A stretch of 64,000 nucleotides of DNA from Lysobacteraceae bacterium (GTDB taxonomy: Bacteria > Pseudomonadota > Gammaproteobacteria > Xanthomonadales > Xanthomonadaceae). The stretch lies in assembly GCA_040079515.1 (NCBI GenBank), contig JBEBKD010000003.1:68165-132164 (forward strand), in the 5' to 3' direction. The first letter of the stretch is position 1; the number at the start of each line of letters is the position of its first letter. The notes under the pieces were generated by a model. The model was not told the origin of the DNA. It saw only the letters and a list, made by a program, of their open reading frames with translations, and ran no database searches. This document shows, in pieces, positions 47,420 through 56,589 of this stretch. The translations under genes and the position numbers were made by a program.

Positions 47420-50184
47420 GAAGATTCACGGGTGTCCGGGCTTTCCTGACGAACGGGATGTCGCTCGCGATCGCGGCGTGTTCGCTCGTTTTCGTCTTCG
47501 GCGGATGGGCGGCGCGCGAGCAGGGGCGTCTCCACAACACGCTGGGTCTGCATGCGGCTCCGGCGATGTACCGGTCGCGAATCGAAGGTCATGAGCAATA
47601 CCTTCAAACGACCGCATTCAGATCGAATCGCCTCGGTGTGATCCATTCAAGTGAGCGCGACCAGTCCGGTCGTGAGATCAAGAAATACAGATGCCGCATG
47701 CCTGCCTACGACATCCGATGGCGTCGGTCCGACATCAACGTCAACGAGCATTTGAACGCACGCGAGAAAATAGGCCTGCGCGACACCCCGGCGGCATGCG
47801 GCGACCTTCGCGTATCGAATGCATCGAATCCCGGCCGTAGCGGTTCGGAGCGCTGGATGGATTTCGGCGAGCAGGTCGCTGTGATTCCGATGGTCTCCGC
47901 GACGAGACGCCACTCCGGAATCGACTACCCCGTCGAGCTGCGATATTCGGACAGCACCCCGATTCTGCCGAGAGAAACCCTGGTGCATATCGAACCCCGG
48001 TCCGCAGGCGGCCCGGCGCTGACCGTCCGCATGTCTTTCGATGCCAAGAATACTTGCACCGCGTCTTACTTCGACGGCAGGCTCAGTGACTGCGGAGGGC
48101 TTCCGTCGGCCCGGAACGGCGACGTGGTTCCGATTCGGGGGCCGGGCCCGATCGTCAAAGGCGTGTATCTGGATACGGATCGCAACGACAGCGCGGCGGA
48201 CGTCGCCACTATTTTCATCGATGCGGAAGGCATGATCCGGGTCAGCGGCCACCACTTGTCGACCGCTGCCGATACTGACGCGACCGCAGAACAGACGCAG
48301 GACTTCGATCTTCCCTGCAGCGCGGGGAGTCGACGGGAAGGCGCGGTAGTCCGGCGTTTCAGCGTGGGCCACAAGGCGTATGGTCTGCGCGTTTGGTGCG
48401 AAAACAGCCGGCCCCTGCCGACGACCGAAGCGCAGCGCCTCGCGGACAGGGCATCGAAAGAGGCGCGTTCATCGACAGCGGACGAAGCGCTGGTCGAAAG
48501 CGCTCTGGACACCCGCCTGGATGCGGAATTGAACCGTGCGCTGCGCGAGCGGTGCCCGCATTGCGAAGTGCTGGTGATGGATACCTTCCGCGGATCGGTA
48601 GTCGCCATGGCAAGCGGCCGCGTCGCGAAGGACAAGGACGGAATGCGGGTCACCAACTTCGAGCGCAAGCCCCAGGGCTCGGTGGTCAAACCCATCTATG
48701 CCACCGCAGCGCTCGAAAGCACGGAAGGGGATCGCGGCACGGCGGTCAGCCCGCTGCTGTCGCTTCGTATGTCGTCGTTGCAGCCCGATTACCTCGATCC
48801 CAAGAGAGGATGGATGTCCTGTCGCGTCGCCAACGGCGCCATTCCGGGCTGCCTTCGCGATCGGAAAGGGGGATACGACACTCACGCGGTTGGAGGCGAG
48901 TACGATTTCTATCGATTCATGGTCAGATCCGAGAACGTCTACGCGACGACCCTGCTTTATCTGGGCAGCAGCAGACCTTTGAGCGATGCGGACGGCGATT
49001 GCGAGAACGCTTTCGAACTCCTTCCCGCTGTGCCGGAAGTCGATGCCTGGCAGCTGACGATCGAGGGTCGGGATGCGCGCGACTGGGCCGCGAAGCGTGT
49101 TCCGCTGTTTAATTCAAGGTCGAAACTCTCCTGTTTGAATACCGGGATGCTGCCCTGGCTGTCGTGGCTGCGCGAGCACATGAACATCGGCCGTCGCAAC
49201 GAGTATTTCAGGTCCTACCTCTGGCTGGACGAGCATCGCGCTGCGCTGCGCATCGAAGGCCTGCACTCGTTGGCGCCAGAACTCGAACACGCAACTCTTT
49301 TCGAAAAAGAAGGCGTATGGCGCAGACAAGGCTTCATCGAGTCCAGTGTGTACAAATCCCCTTACGGCGGGGGGGACGCGCTGTGGACGAATGTGGGCAT
49401 CGCCGAGGCGATTTCGACGATCGTCTCGGGCAGTGACCAGAAAGCGTCGTTGTTGGCGCATTCGCTTCGCGCAGAACCCAGCGCGTCGCCACTGGGTTCG
49501 TCGCGCGCTGCCGTGGCAAAAGCTATGGCCGGCGTAGTGGGAGATCCGGAGGGTACCGCGAACCGGTATTTCCATTCGATGATCGAGGCCTGCGGCCCTT
49601 CGCCTCAAGCCTGCGTGCGCACACAGCAGTATGGGCCTATCCGGGTCCTGGCGAAGACAGGAACGCCGAAACGGAGCCCGGATGGCGGTCACGCTAAAAA
49701 AAGGATCGAAGCGCGCTTCCCGGTGCTGACAGGCGGTCGATCCCGCAGCGCATTGTGCCAGCCCTTCGAAGGGAATCGTTCGAGCTGTCGATTGACTGCG
49801 GAAGGCGATACTCTGTTCCGAACCGTGTCGATGGCGTACCGATACAGCAGCACATCGGACAACCTCGGCAAACGGCTCGATGACAAGGCGCTGCGCGGCG
49901 CATTTCAACGCTGGTTGTCGGAGGAAATCCTGGCCAGCGACAGCGGCGATGGGCCTTCCGAAGGCGGCAGCGACGATCAAGGCCAAGAAAGCCGTCTCGT
50001 GGTCGTGCTGTTGCAGCCTGCGCAAAACGAAGAAGCGATGCCCAAGGCAGGATGTACGCTGGTGATGACTTCGGAAACGAAGAACCCTCAAGCACTGGTG
50101 GATATCCTCGGACAACTGTTGCGCGGTGAGAGCTTGTTGCGATCCTGCCGCTTCTTGCCCGTGCAGGCGGATTCAACCAGATGA
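47416..50184 (+). CDS. Penicillin-binding protein, transpeptidase domain with large N-terminal extension (922 aa)
   Basis: AAGGAGGAG RBS and ATGA overlap; N-terminal TM; VLVMDTFRGSVVAMAS; SxxK = GSVVKP (48679-48690), SxN = SEN (48928-48936), KTG = AKTGT (49654-49662). Confidence 0.85.
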   Translation: MRRFTGVRAFLTNGMSLAIAACSLVFVFGGWAAREQGRLHNTLGLHAAPAMYRSRIEGHEQYLQTTAFRSNRLGVIHSSERDQSGREIKKYRCRMPAYDIRWRRSDINVNEHLNAREKIGLRDTPAACGDLRVSNASNPGRSGSERWMDFGEQVAVIPMVSATRRHSGIDYPVELRYSDSTPILPRETLVHIEPRSAGGPALTVRMSFDAKNTCTASYFDGRLSDCGGLPSARNGDVVPIRGPGPIVKGVYLDTDRNDSAADVATIFIDAEGMIRVSGHHLSTAADTDATAEQTQDFDLPCSAGSRREGAVVRRFSVGHKAYGLRVWCENSRPLPTTEAQRLADRASKEARSSTADEALVESALDTRLDAELNRALRERCPHCEVLVMDTFRGSVVAMASGRVAKDKDGMRVTNFERKPQGSVVKPIYATAALESTEGDRGTAVSPLLSLRMSSLQPDYLDPKRGWMSCRVANGAIPGCLRDRKGGYDTHAVGGEYDFYRFMVRSENVYATTLLYLGSSRPLSDADGDCENAFELLPAVPEVDAWQLTIEGRDARDWAAKRVPLFNSRSKLSCLNTGMLPWLSWLREHMNIGRRNEYFRSYLWLDEHRAALRIEGLHSLAPELEHATLFEKEGVWRRQGFIESSVYKSPYGGGDALWTNVGIAEAISTIVSGSDQKASLLAHSLRAEPSASPLGSSRAAVAKAMAGVVGDPEGTANRYFHSMIEACGPSPQACVRTQQYGPIRVLAKTGTPKRSPDGGHAKKRIEARFPVLTGGRSRSALCQPFEGNRSSCRLTAEGDTLFRTVSMAYRYSSTSDNLGKRLDDKALRGAFQRWLSEEILASDSGDGPSEGGSDDQGQESRLVVVLLQPAQNEEAMPKAGCTLVMTSETKNPQALVDILGQLLRGESLLRSCRFLPVQADSTR

Positions 50185-50193
50185 AGAGATGAC

Positions 50194-51029
50194 TGGAGCC
50201 TACCTCAAAATCGAAATCTGAGAAAAACTGCTTCAAAATATCGGGATGGTGAAGATTTCAGACGCGCATTGGGACCGGATCAGGCATCACTTTCCGGAAG
50301 AGAGCATCCCCGACGAGAGGCCCGGCCGTAAGCCGGTGCCTGCACGACGGGTGCTTGATGCGGTGTTGTGGATGCTGAAGACCGGCGCGCAATTGCATAT
50401 GCTTCCGCAATCGTATCCGAACTACAAGACCGTGCATCGTCGGTTCCAGATGTGGGCGGAGCAGGAGGTGTTGCGCGGCATCCTGGTCGATCTGTCGAAC
50501 GAGCTACGGGACCAGGATCTGCTCGATACGTCCGAGTGTTACATCGACGCGACGTTCGCGAACGGGCGTGGTGGGGGGTTGGAGATCGGCAATACGACGT
50601 GCGGAAAAGGCGTGAAATCATGGCGGTCGTGGATAGTGCAGGTCTACCGCTATCGGTGAGCACGCATGCGGCGAACCACCATGAGGTGAAGCTGGTGCAG
50701 ATGAGCTTCGACTTCTACATGATCGAGGCGATGCCGGACGTCTTGATTGGCGATCGTGCATACGACAGCGGCGATCTGGACGACGATTTGCGCGGCAAGG
50801 GCGTAAAGATGGTGTCGCCGCATCGGAAGAACAGGAAGAAGCCGAAGACACAGTATGGTCGGGAGTTGCGGAGATACAAGCGACGCTGGATCGTGGAGAG
50901 GTTCTTCGCCTCGATGAAGCACAAGCGCCGGTTACTGAATCGTTGGGAACTGTATCCGGAGAATTTTCTCGGGTTTGTGCAGATTTCCGCCGTGGTTTTG
51001 CTGCTCAGGCAATTTTGAGATGGGTTCTA
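50194..51029 (+). mobile_element. IS5-family insertion sequence (degenerate)
   Basis: Terminal inverted repeats TGGAGCCTACCTCAAAAT vs TAGAACCCATCTCAAAAT (reverse complement of the right end), 14/18 match; ~835 bp; encodes the transposase below. Confidence 0.85.
50246..51018 (+). pseudogene. IS5-family DDE transposase in two frames
   Basis: Frame 1: DAHWDRI...GRKP...VLDAVLWMLKTG...YKTVHRRF...YIDAT. Frame 2 (-1): IMAVVDSAGLP...GDRAYD...YKRRWIVERFF. Shift at GTG AAA TCA near 50615. Confidence 0.85.
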
Positions 51030-51625
51030 CTCATCGACCTGCGCGAAAACCCCGGCGGCGATAATTCTTTCAGTGATCCGTTGCTCGCCTGGATCGCCGA
51101 CAAGCCATTTCGCTTGACCCATCGACTCGAGATTCAAGTAATCGCGCAGACCACCGCTGCCAACCGCCGACGCCTGCAGGAGACCCGCCGCAACCAGGAC
51201 AGCATTTCGGCCCGTTTCGATGCTCTGTATCGGGGATGCAAACCCGCAGCGTCGCCGTCTTTCCAATGCCCTGGGCACAACCACGCCCCAGCCAACGTTT
51301 CGAAGGTGAGGTGTTCGTTCTGGTGAACCGGCATTCGTACTCGAACACCGTCACGGTCGCGGCGATCGTGCAGGATTTCGGCTTCGGTAAGGTGATCGAC
51401 GAACCTACTGCCGATCTCGCCAGCACGCTCAGCGCGATGGAACGTTTCACCCTGCCACACACCGGGATCGACGTGGGCTATCCGAAAGCGCGCATACTGC
51501 GCCCGAACGGCGGCCCACGCCCAAGCGGAGTGACGCCGGACATCATGATCGACATGCCGATCGTGGGCGACATCGAGGACACTGTCCTGCAACATGCACT
51601 GGGTGCGATCGGGCAACGGAGATAA
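51029..51625 (+). pseudogene. S41 peptidase 3' fragment, 5'-truncated at the IS end and frameshifted
   Basis: IDLRENPGGD, VFVLVNRHSYSN and GVTPDI motifs; frame change near 51235. Confidence 0.8.
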
Positions 51626-51908
51626 GGCGGTCGATATACGTGCGGACCCTTTCCTTTGCGGCCGATAATGGCCACCGATGAGGATACGCACCCGGGCTCG
51701 TTCACGCTGACAGAGAAACGCGCTCGTCTCCTCTTGCGCGCCATTGCTCGGCGCTGCGATCCAGCGTGAGAGAGGACTTGGATGTTGCGTGCTCTGGCTG
51801 CGCCATTTTCTCTTCGGATATTTCCCGGGTCGGGATTGCCGGCCGTCGCGCGAAGCGCGACGGCGTTCACAGCCACGCGCGGCATGCCGCGCAAACGTGG
51901 CGCCTCAC

Positions 51909-51924
51909 CCCTCCAGGCACGCCA
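51909..51924 (+). repeat. att-core copy of the tRNA-Arg 3' end
   Basis: CCCTCCAGGCACGCCA vs tRNA 38137-38152 CCCTCCAGGCGCGCCA (15/16). Confidence 0.75.
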
Positions 51925-52097
51925 ATTTCTTTCTGATGCTCCAGGTCTTCCGCCTGCTGATTAGTGAGCGTCCCTGTCTTAATGGTTCTTTGGTTCGCGC
52001 AGGCCCTGACTGAGGCGGAACGCCGGGCCTGAGAGCCCACGATGCGCTCGGTGCAGAGTCCGGACGTCCCGCCATCGAACAGCAAGATGCCTGCGGC

Positions 52098-53471
52098 TTA
52101 TTTCGTTCCCATCTCCCGCGCAGCGCGCACACCAGACAAATAGGCACCATGAGTGGTACTGGAGTAGTTGCGCTCGGTCGCCTCGCCCGCGAAGAACAGG
52201 GCACCTTCGAGTGGAGCGGCCAGCGCATCGCGCGTGGCGGGCGTGGTACCCAGCGCATTGAACGAGTAGGAGCCGCGTGCAAAGGGATCGCGATGCCAGC
52301 GGGTAATCTGCACGTCGAGCGGTTCGGGAATATTGTCTCCAAGCATGATCCGCAGCGTGCGCATCGCGTCCTCAACGATCGCCTTGTCGTTCCAGCCTTC
52401 GATCTCGATCCCGCGATCCGCGGCGTTGAAGCCGAGCAGCACCGGTTGCCGCGCGACACGCTGGAAGCTCACCCATTCGGTCCATGCACCCGGCGTTTCC
52501 GGGAGGTATTCCAGCCAGTCGGCGTCCTTGTCCCAAAACGCTTCTGGAAATTTCAGGTAACACTTGTTCAGGGTGCCCATGCCCAGGCGTTCGATGGCCT
52601 CGCGCTTGGCAGCGGGCAATTCGGGAACGAAGCGGACGCTTCCGGCTTTGAGTACGCCCAGCGGTAAGGTGATCAACACTTGCTGGGCCTCGAACTCGCC
52701 GGAGGACGTGACCACGCGAACCATGCCGCGTCGCCAGTGGATCTCGCGCACCACCTGATCGAGTTCGATCTGCAAACCCTCGGCCAGATGATCGGCGATC
52801 ACCCGGAAGCCGTCGGCGAACAGCATGTCGCCGCCGCCGAAGCCGTCTGCGGCATCAAACCAGTGGGCCGACAACTGCGACGCGCCGCCCGCGTATTCCT
52901 GCTCGATGTCGGCGCTGACCGCGAACGCCAGGTCGCGACGCTGCGCAGGCGTCGCCTTGATCTTCGTCGACAGCGCATCGACCACAGATTGCACCGAAAC
53001 ATCGCGATCACGCTGCTGGGCGCGCTCCAATGCATCGGCAAGCCGTTTGCGCAGCGCGTCCAGTGCTGCGGCACGGGGGCCCTCGACTGCGCTCCCGTCC
53101 GTATCGTGCAGAACGCTGCGATCGTATTCGGTACGCAGTCTCTTGGCCTGGTGGCCATCGGCCAACCCGGTGATCGGGTTGCCGCGCACGCCGTGGATCC
53201 AGGTCGCCCCCAGATCCAACGGCAACTCGGGCCACCGCCTGCTGGTCCAGACGCGGCCGCCGATGCGGTCGCGCGCTTCCAGTACCAGCACTTCGCGCCC
53301 CGCGGCTTGGAGTCTGCGCGCGGCGGACAGACCAGCCAGCCCCGCACCGATCACAAGAGTCCGCCTCGCTGGTTTCGCCTGATCTGTGCGCTGCGATGCA
53401 GCCGCCTGCACACCGCCGTGGGCACTCAGCGCGATCAAGCCCAGAAGTTCCATGAATTGCCGTCTTTTCAT
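52098..53471 (-). CDS. Tat-exported flavin-dependent amine oxidase (polyamine oxidase/MAO family, 457 aa)
   Basis: MKRRQFMELLG twin-Arg signal; VIGAGLAGL, LEARDRIGGR, DLGATWIHG, ITLPLGVLK, WHRDPFARGSYS, FAGEAT and HGAYLSG motifs. Confidence 0.9.
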   Translation of the reverse strand: MKRRQFMELLGLIALSAHGGVQAAASQRTDQAKPARRTLVIGAGLAGLSAARRLQAAGREVLVLEARDRIGGRVWTSRRWPELPLDLGATWIHGVRGNPITGLADGHQAKRLRTEYDRSVLHDTDGSAVEGPRAAALDALRKRLADALERAQQRDRDVSVQSVVDALSTKIKATPAQRRDLAFAVSADIEQEYAGGASQLSAHWFDAADGFGGGDMLFADGFRVIADHLAEGLQIELDQVVREIHWRRGMVRVVTSSGEFEAQQVLITLPLGVLKAGSVRFVPELPAAKREAIERLGMGTLNKCYLKFPEAFWDKDADWLEYLPETPGAWTEWVSFQRVARQPVLLGFNAADRGIEIEGWNDKAIVEDAMRTLRIMLGDNIPEPLDVQITRWHRDPFARGSYSFNALGTTPATRDALAAPLEGALFFAGEATERNYSSTTHGAYLSGVRAAREMGTK

Positions 53472-53859
53472 GCGGTGACTACGCCTCCGAGCACGCATGT
53501 GTGCTGGCGACAGGATATCTGCAGCCGGCGCGCGCGTGCGACACGGCCTCTTGCCATCCACCGCCAGAACGCCCTTCCACCCCTCGATTGCTGATTCGGA
53601 TTGGAATGCATCTCCCGAAGACGAGGCGGTCACTACGTGGGTGAGGATGGTGCGTTGCAATAGCCGGGAGCCCCTCGCTGGGGCCTTGCTTCACTACGCT
53701 GCGCTGCGATCAGGCCTGAGGCGGCGTTTGGATTTCTCGCGCTCTGGCTGCACCATTCCCTTCCGTCGAAACACTTCGGTCGGGATTGCCGGGCCTTCAC
53801 TCTTCGCGCGACGCGTTCGCCACCACGCGCGGCAGTGCCGCGCAAGCGTCGCGTCTTAC

Positions 53860-53926
53860 CCCTCCAGTCGCGCAAAATCGACCAGGACAACCGCGCTCTG
53901 CGGTACCAACGACCCCTGCATTTCGC
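53860..53926 (+). repeat. Degenerate att copy: tRNA 3' end plus 51 nt of the element's left arm
   Basis: Ungapped 53/67 match to 38137-38203, with GACAACCGC and ACGACCCCTGCATTTCGC exact. Confidence 0.8.
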
Positions 53927-54072
53927 GGCCGTATTTCGATGCGCGTTATGCATGCCGACCACGCCTGCCCTCCATAAATTGGAGGAATACGATCAGGCCT
54001 TGCGCTCGTCAACGCAATCTGGAGTCGAACATCCCGTCAGCCATCCAACCGGATGACTCAGACAGCGGGCGG

Positions 54073-54651
54073 TCAAGCCATCCGCTGCGTTCGAGCCGCT
54101 TCGTTCTGCGCGGGCTGATCCTGTTGCTGAGCCAGCAGCTGCGTCTGCTGCTGTGTCAACGTATCGACTTTCTGCAGTGATTGCTCGACCGGACGCTCGA
54201 CGGCCTGCGCCACATCGGTCACGGAGCGGCGCGCCGCCGGGTCGGATGGGTTCTGTCCTTGCACGACGAAAAGCAGCGTTCCGGCTGCGATCTGTGAGCC
54301 GTCCTGCTGTCGCTTGCCGGTCTCGTTGATCGCGATATGGTCGGCCGAGGTGATGCCAGCGGCCTTGGCGTCGAAGAAGGCGGCCATCGTCATGCGCTCG
54401 CTGGTCGCATCGTAGCTGCGCCCCTTGTCGGCATCGATGCGGGTCACGCCAGTTTCGATCTGTTTGTAAAGTCGATGATCGGGATGATCCGGGTCACGCG
54501 GATCGGAAAGACGAACAGGCAACGCGACGGAGGACGGCGGTGCCACCGTATCAGCGCGATCGGGGACATCACGCGGCGGTCGGGTGTCTTCATCCCTTGT
54601 TTGGAGTGCGTGTAACGCGCCCTCTTGCCGAACCGTACCCGCCATCATCAC
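54073..54651 (-). CDS. XVIPCD (VirD4-interacting conserved domain) protein or detached effector C-terminus
   Basis: DPRDPDHPDHRLYKQI...SERMTMAAF...GITSADHI...LFVVQG.NPSDPA.RR..DVAQAVERPVEQSLQ and Gln-rich tail are XVIPCD hallmarks. Confidence 0.85.
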   Translation of the reverse strand: MMMAGTVRQEGALHALQTRDEDTRPPRDVPDRADTVAPPSSVALPVRLSDPRDPDHPDHRLYKQIETGVTRIDADKGRSYDATSERMTMAAFFDAKAAGITSADHIAINETGKRQQDGSQIAAGTLLFVVQGQNPSDPAARRSVTDVAQAVERPVEQSLQKVDTLTQQQTQLLAQQQDQPAQNEAARTQRMA

Positions 54652-54661
54652 AGGGACAGCT

Positions 54662-55479
54662 TCAGGTGCGAGATTTGCCGAAAGTGGCGCGGTATCGACG
54701 ATCGAAAAATGTTCGTGGGCTTTCCTCTTTTGGCGTTGTCACAATGACAACTCCAGCGCCAATCATCGCGGCCTTCGCATTGCTCACGTCTTCTACGGGT
54801 GCTTCCGCCTTGCGCAGCGTGGCGTCGCCCGGAGTTTCAGTCTTCTGTGGTTGGTCTGGCTTGCGCGCCTCAATGGGCGTTTCCGTCTTGCGTGGCGCAG
54901 CTTCGTCCGGCGTCTCGGTCTTCTGTTGTCGCTCGAGCTTGCGTTCCTCGGGTGTCTTCCACTTCTCGATCTCGGGTTCCGCATGAATGCGGCCATCGGC
55001 ATCACGCTCGATATTGACCCGCGCCCACTTGGCATCGATGTCCAGCTTGCCGGTGATCTGATCTTGCGTCTCATTCAATAGGCGGCGTGCAGTCGTGGCC
55101 GCTTGCTCTTCCCACATGTTCTTGGGTGCCCACAATCCGTCCGCTTGAACCGCTTTGTCGAGGCGATCCACAATGATGTCATCTGGATTGCCTCCCTGTT
55201 TCCTCGCGATGCCCTGGACCGAAGCTTTCACCTCTAGAACTTCCCAACGTCCAGTCTCGGGATTGATCCCCGCCAGATCGTTGCCGTGCCCTGAATTGTT
55301 CTGGATCGGCGCAAGATCGCGAAGCCCTGCCTGGCCAACTTGTGGGCGACCATCGCTTCGCCCATGTCGCCCACCATCAGGTCGGTGAGTTCCGACAGTT
55401 TCCTGTCCCCGACCCATTTTTCGATCGCTTTGTCGAATGGCACGCTGCCGTCGAAGACGGAAACGTCTTGTCTCGCCAA
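54662..55479 (-). pseudogene. X-T4SS effector with PD-(D/E)xK (REase-fold) nuclease domain, frameshifted
   Basis: Joining two frames near 55320 gives GDMGEAMVAHKLARQG-RDLAPIQNNSGHGNDLAG...WEVLEVKAS; a low-complexity KTETP linker follows; one more shift (54665-54740) would fuse it to the XVIPCD ORF. Start (TTG 55479) is a guess. Confidence 0.7.
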
Positions 55480-55499
55480 ATAGTTCAATTCACGAAGAT

Positions 55500-56399
55500 T
55501 CAGCGAAACAATGGGTAGTCGTTCTTCAAACGTGCTTCCATCTCCATCAGCACCGGGTTGGCAGGCACACCAGGCAACTGCGCAATTGTTGACCAAGCAT
55601 CATCGACAAGCGGGTGACCGATTTCAATTGCCGGCAAGTTGTCGCGACGACGAAGGGACTGAACCATCAGCAGCTCGACCGGGAACACTCGCGTGAAAGA
55701 GCTGTCGAATTCGTACTCCACCGAGTCGGTGGAATCACGACTTCTGCTGACATGAAACTCCGTAGCCTCCTGCATCGGCGGAATGAAGTCGGTAGGACTA
55801 GGAGACCCCCAGTATTGCAGCAATGCTGCATAGACAGGATGGATTGGTTTGATTGATTGAAAGGCGGTCTCAATCAAGAAAGCTTGGGAGAATAGGCCGA
55901 CCAGAAACGCATCCAGAGTGCCATGACGCAAGCGACGCGATCCCGGATTGCGTAGGCGCTGATCCTTCTCAGCGATTTCGATAAATCCCTCCGCACAAAT
56001 CTGCGCTACATCCCAACGCCCCAGCATGGCAGGCGCTGCAGCATTCACACTATCCTTGAACGGGGCCGGCCGGCCGCCCCCTGTCGTGTCTGGTGTCATG
56101 GCGCTGAACGCAGCTTCAAGTCGAAGTACTAAGGCGCGATAGCCGACGGCGTTGTTCAGATGAGAAGCCAGCACAGACAAGTCTTGCCGGCCATATGCCT
56201 CACAGGCCGCCATGCTTGAATGATGTGCAAGCCATTTCAGGCTCAAAAGCGCTTTCGGGTTGATCTGCCCTGGTGCTGCCAGGTATGCCTGCAATTGCGT
56301 CTTTTCATCTTCCAATAGGCCTTGGTGCTGCGGATAGACCAGCCATTCCCGACATTCCTCGAAGATGGGTTGCAACGAACTCAATGAGCTTTTCGGCAC
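55500..56399 (-). CDS. Putative immunity protein (X-Tfi) for the nuclease effector (~299 aa)
   Basis: Intact ORF immediately upstream of the toxin; no signal peptide; YAALLQYW...FHVSRS...YEFD...FPVELLMVQSLR...HPL pattern recalls helical immunity proteins. Function inferred from position. Confidence 0.6.
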   Translation of the reverse strand: MPKSSLSSLQPIFEECREWLVYPQHQGLLEDEKTQLQAYLAAPGQINPKALLSLKWLAHHSSMAACEAYGRQDLSVLASHLNNAVGYRALVLRLEAAFSAMTPDTTGGGRPAPFKDSVNAAAPAMLGRWDVAQICAEGFIEIAEKDQRLRNPGSRRLRHGTLDAFLVGLFSQAFLIETAFQSIKPIHPVYAALLQYWGSPSPTDFIPPMQEATEFHVSRSRDSTDSVEYEFDSSFTRVFPVELLMVQSLRRRDNLPAIEIGHPLVDDAWSTIAQLPGVPANPVLMEMEARLKNDYPLFR

Positions 56400-56589
56400 T
56401 GGATGATCCCTATCTGCGCACGGTGCGCGGTCGCTAGTTTTTCGACGCCTTCGGGAAGGTCGGTCTATTGCCGATTGGCGGCGGCAGTCCCATACGGGCA
56501 TCCTGAGATGCCCCGATCCTAGCGTCCGCAGGATGGCGGGGCAAGGCGGGCGTCAGCGGAGTCCCGGCTAAAAATTCCGCTTTTATTCA

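Larger units (their letters stand above)
38137..53926. mobile_element. tRNA-Arg-anchored genomic island segment bounded by degenerate att direct repeats (island probably continues to the window end)
   Basis: 38137-38203 aligns ungapped to 53860-53926 at 53/67 nt, including an 18-bp exact block; a further tRNA 3'-end copy sits at 51909-51924; recombinase remnant next to the tRNA. Confidence 0.8.

Noticed and set aside
4366-50184. Functional link between the BLIP-II-like propellers and the island PBP
   Set aside because: They are more than 25 kb apart, on different sides of the island boundary, and share no regulatory signal; the shared beta-lactam theme is only suggestive.
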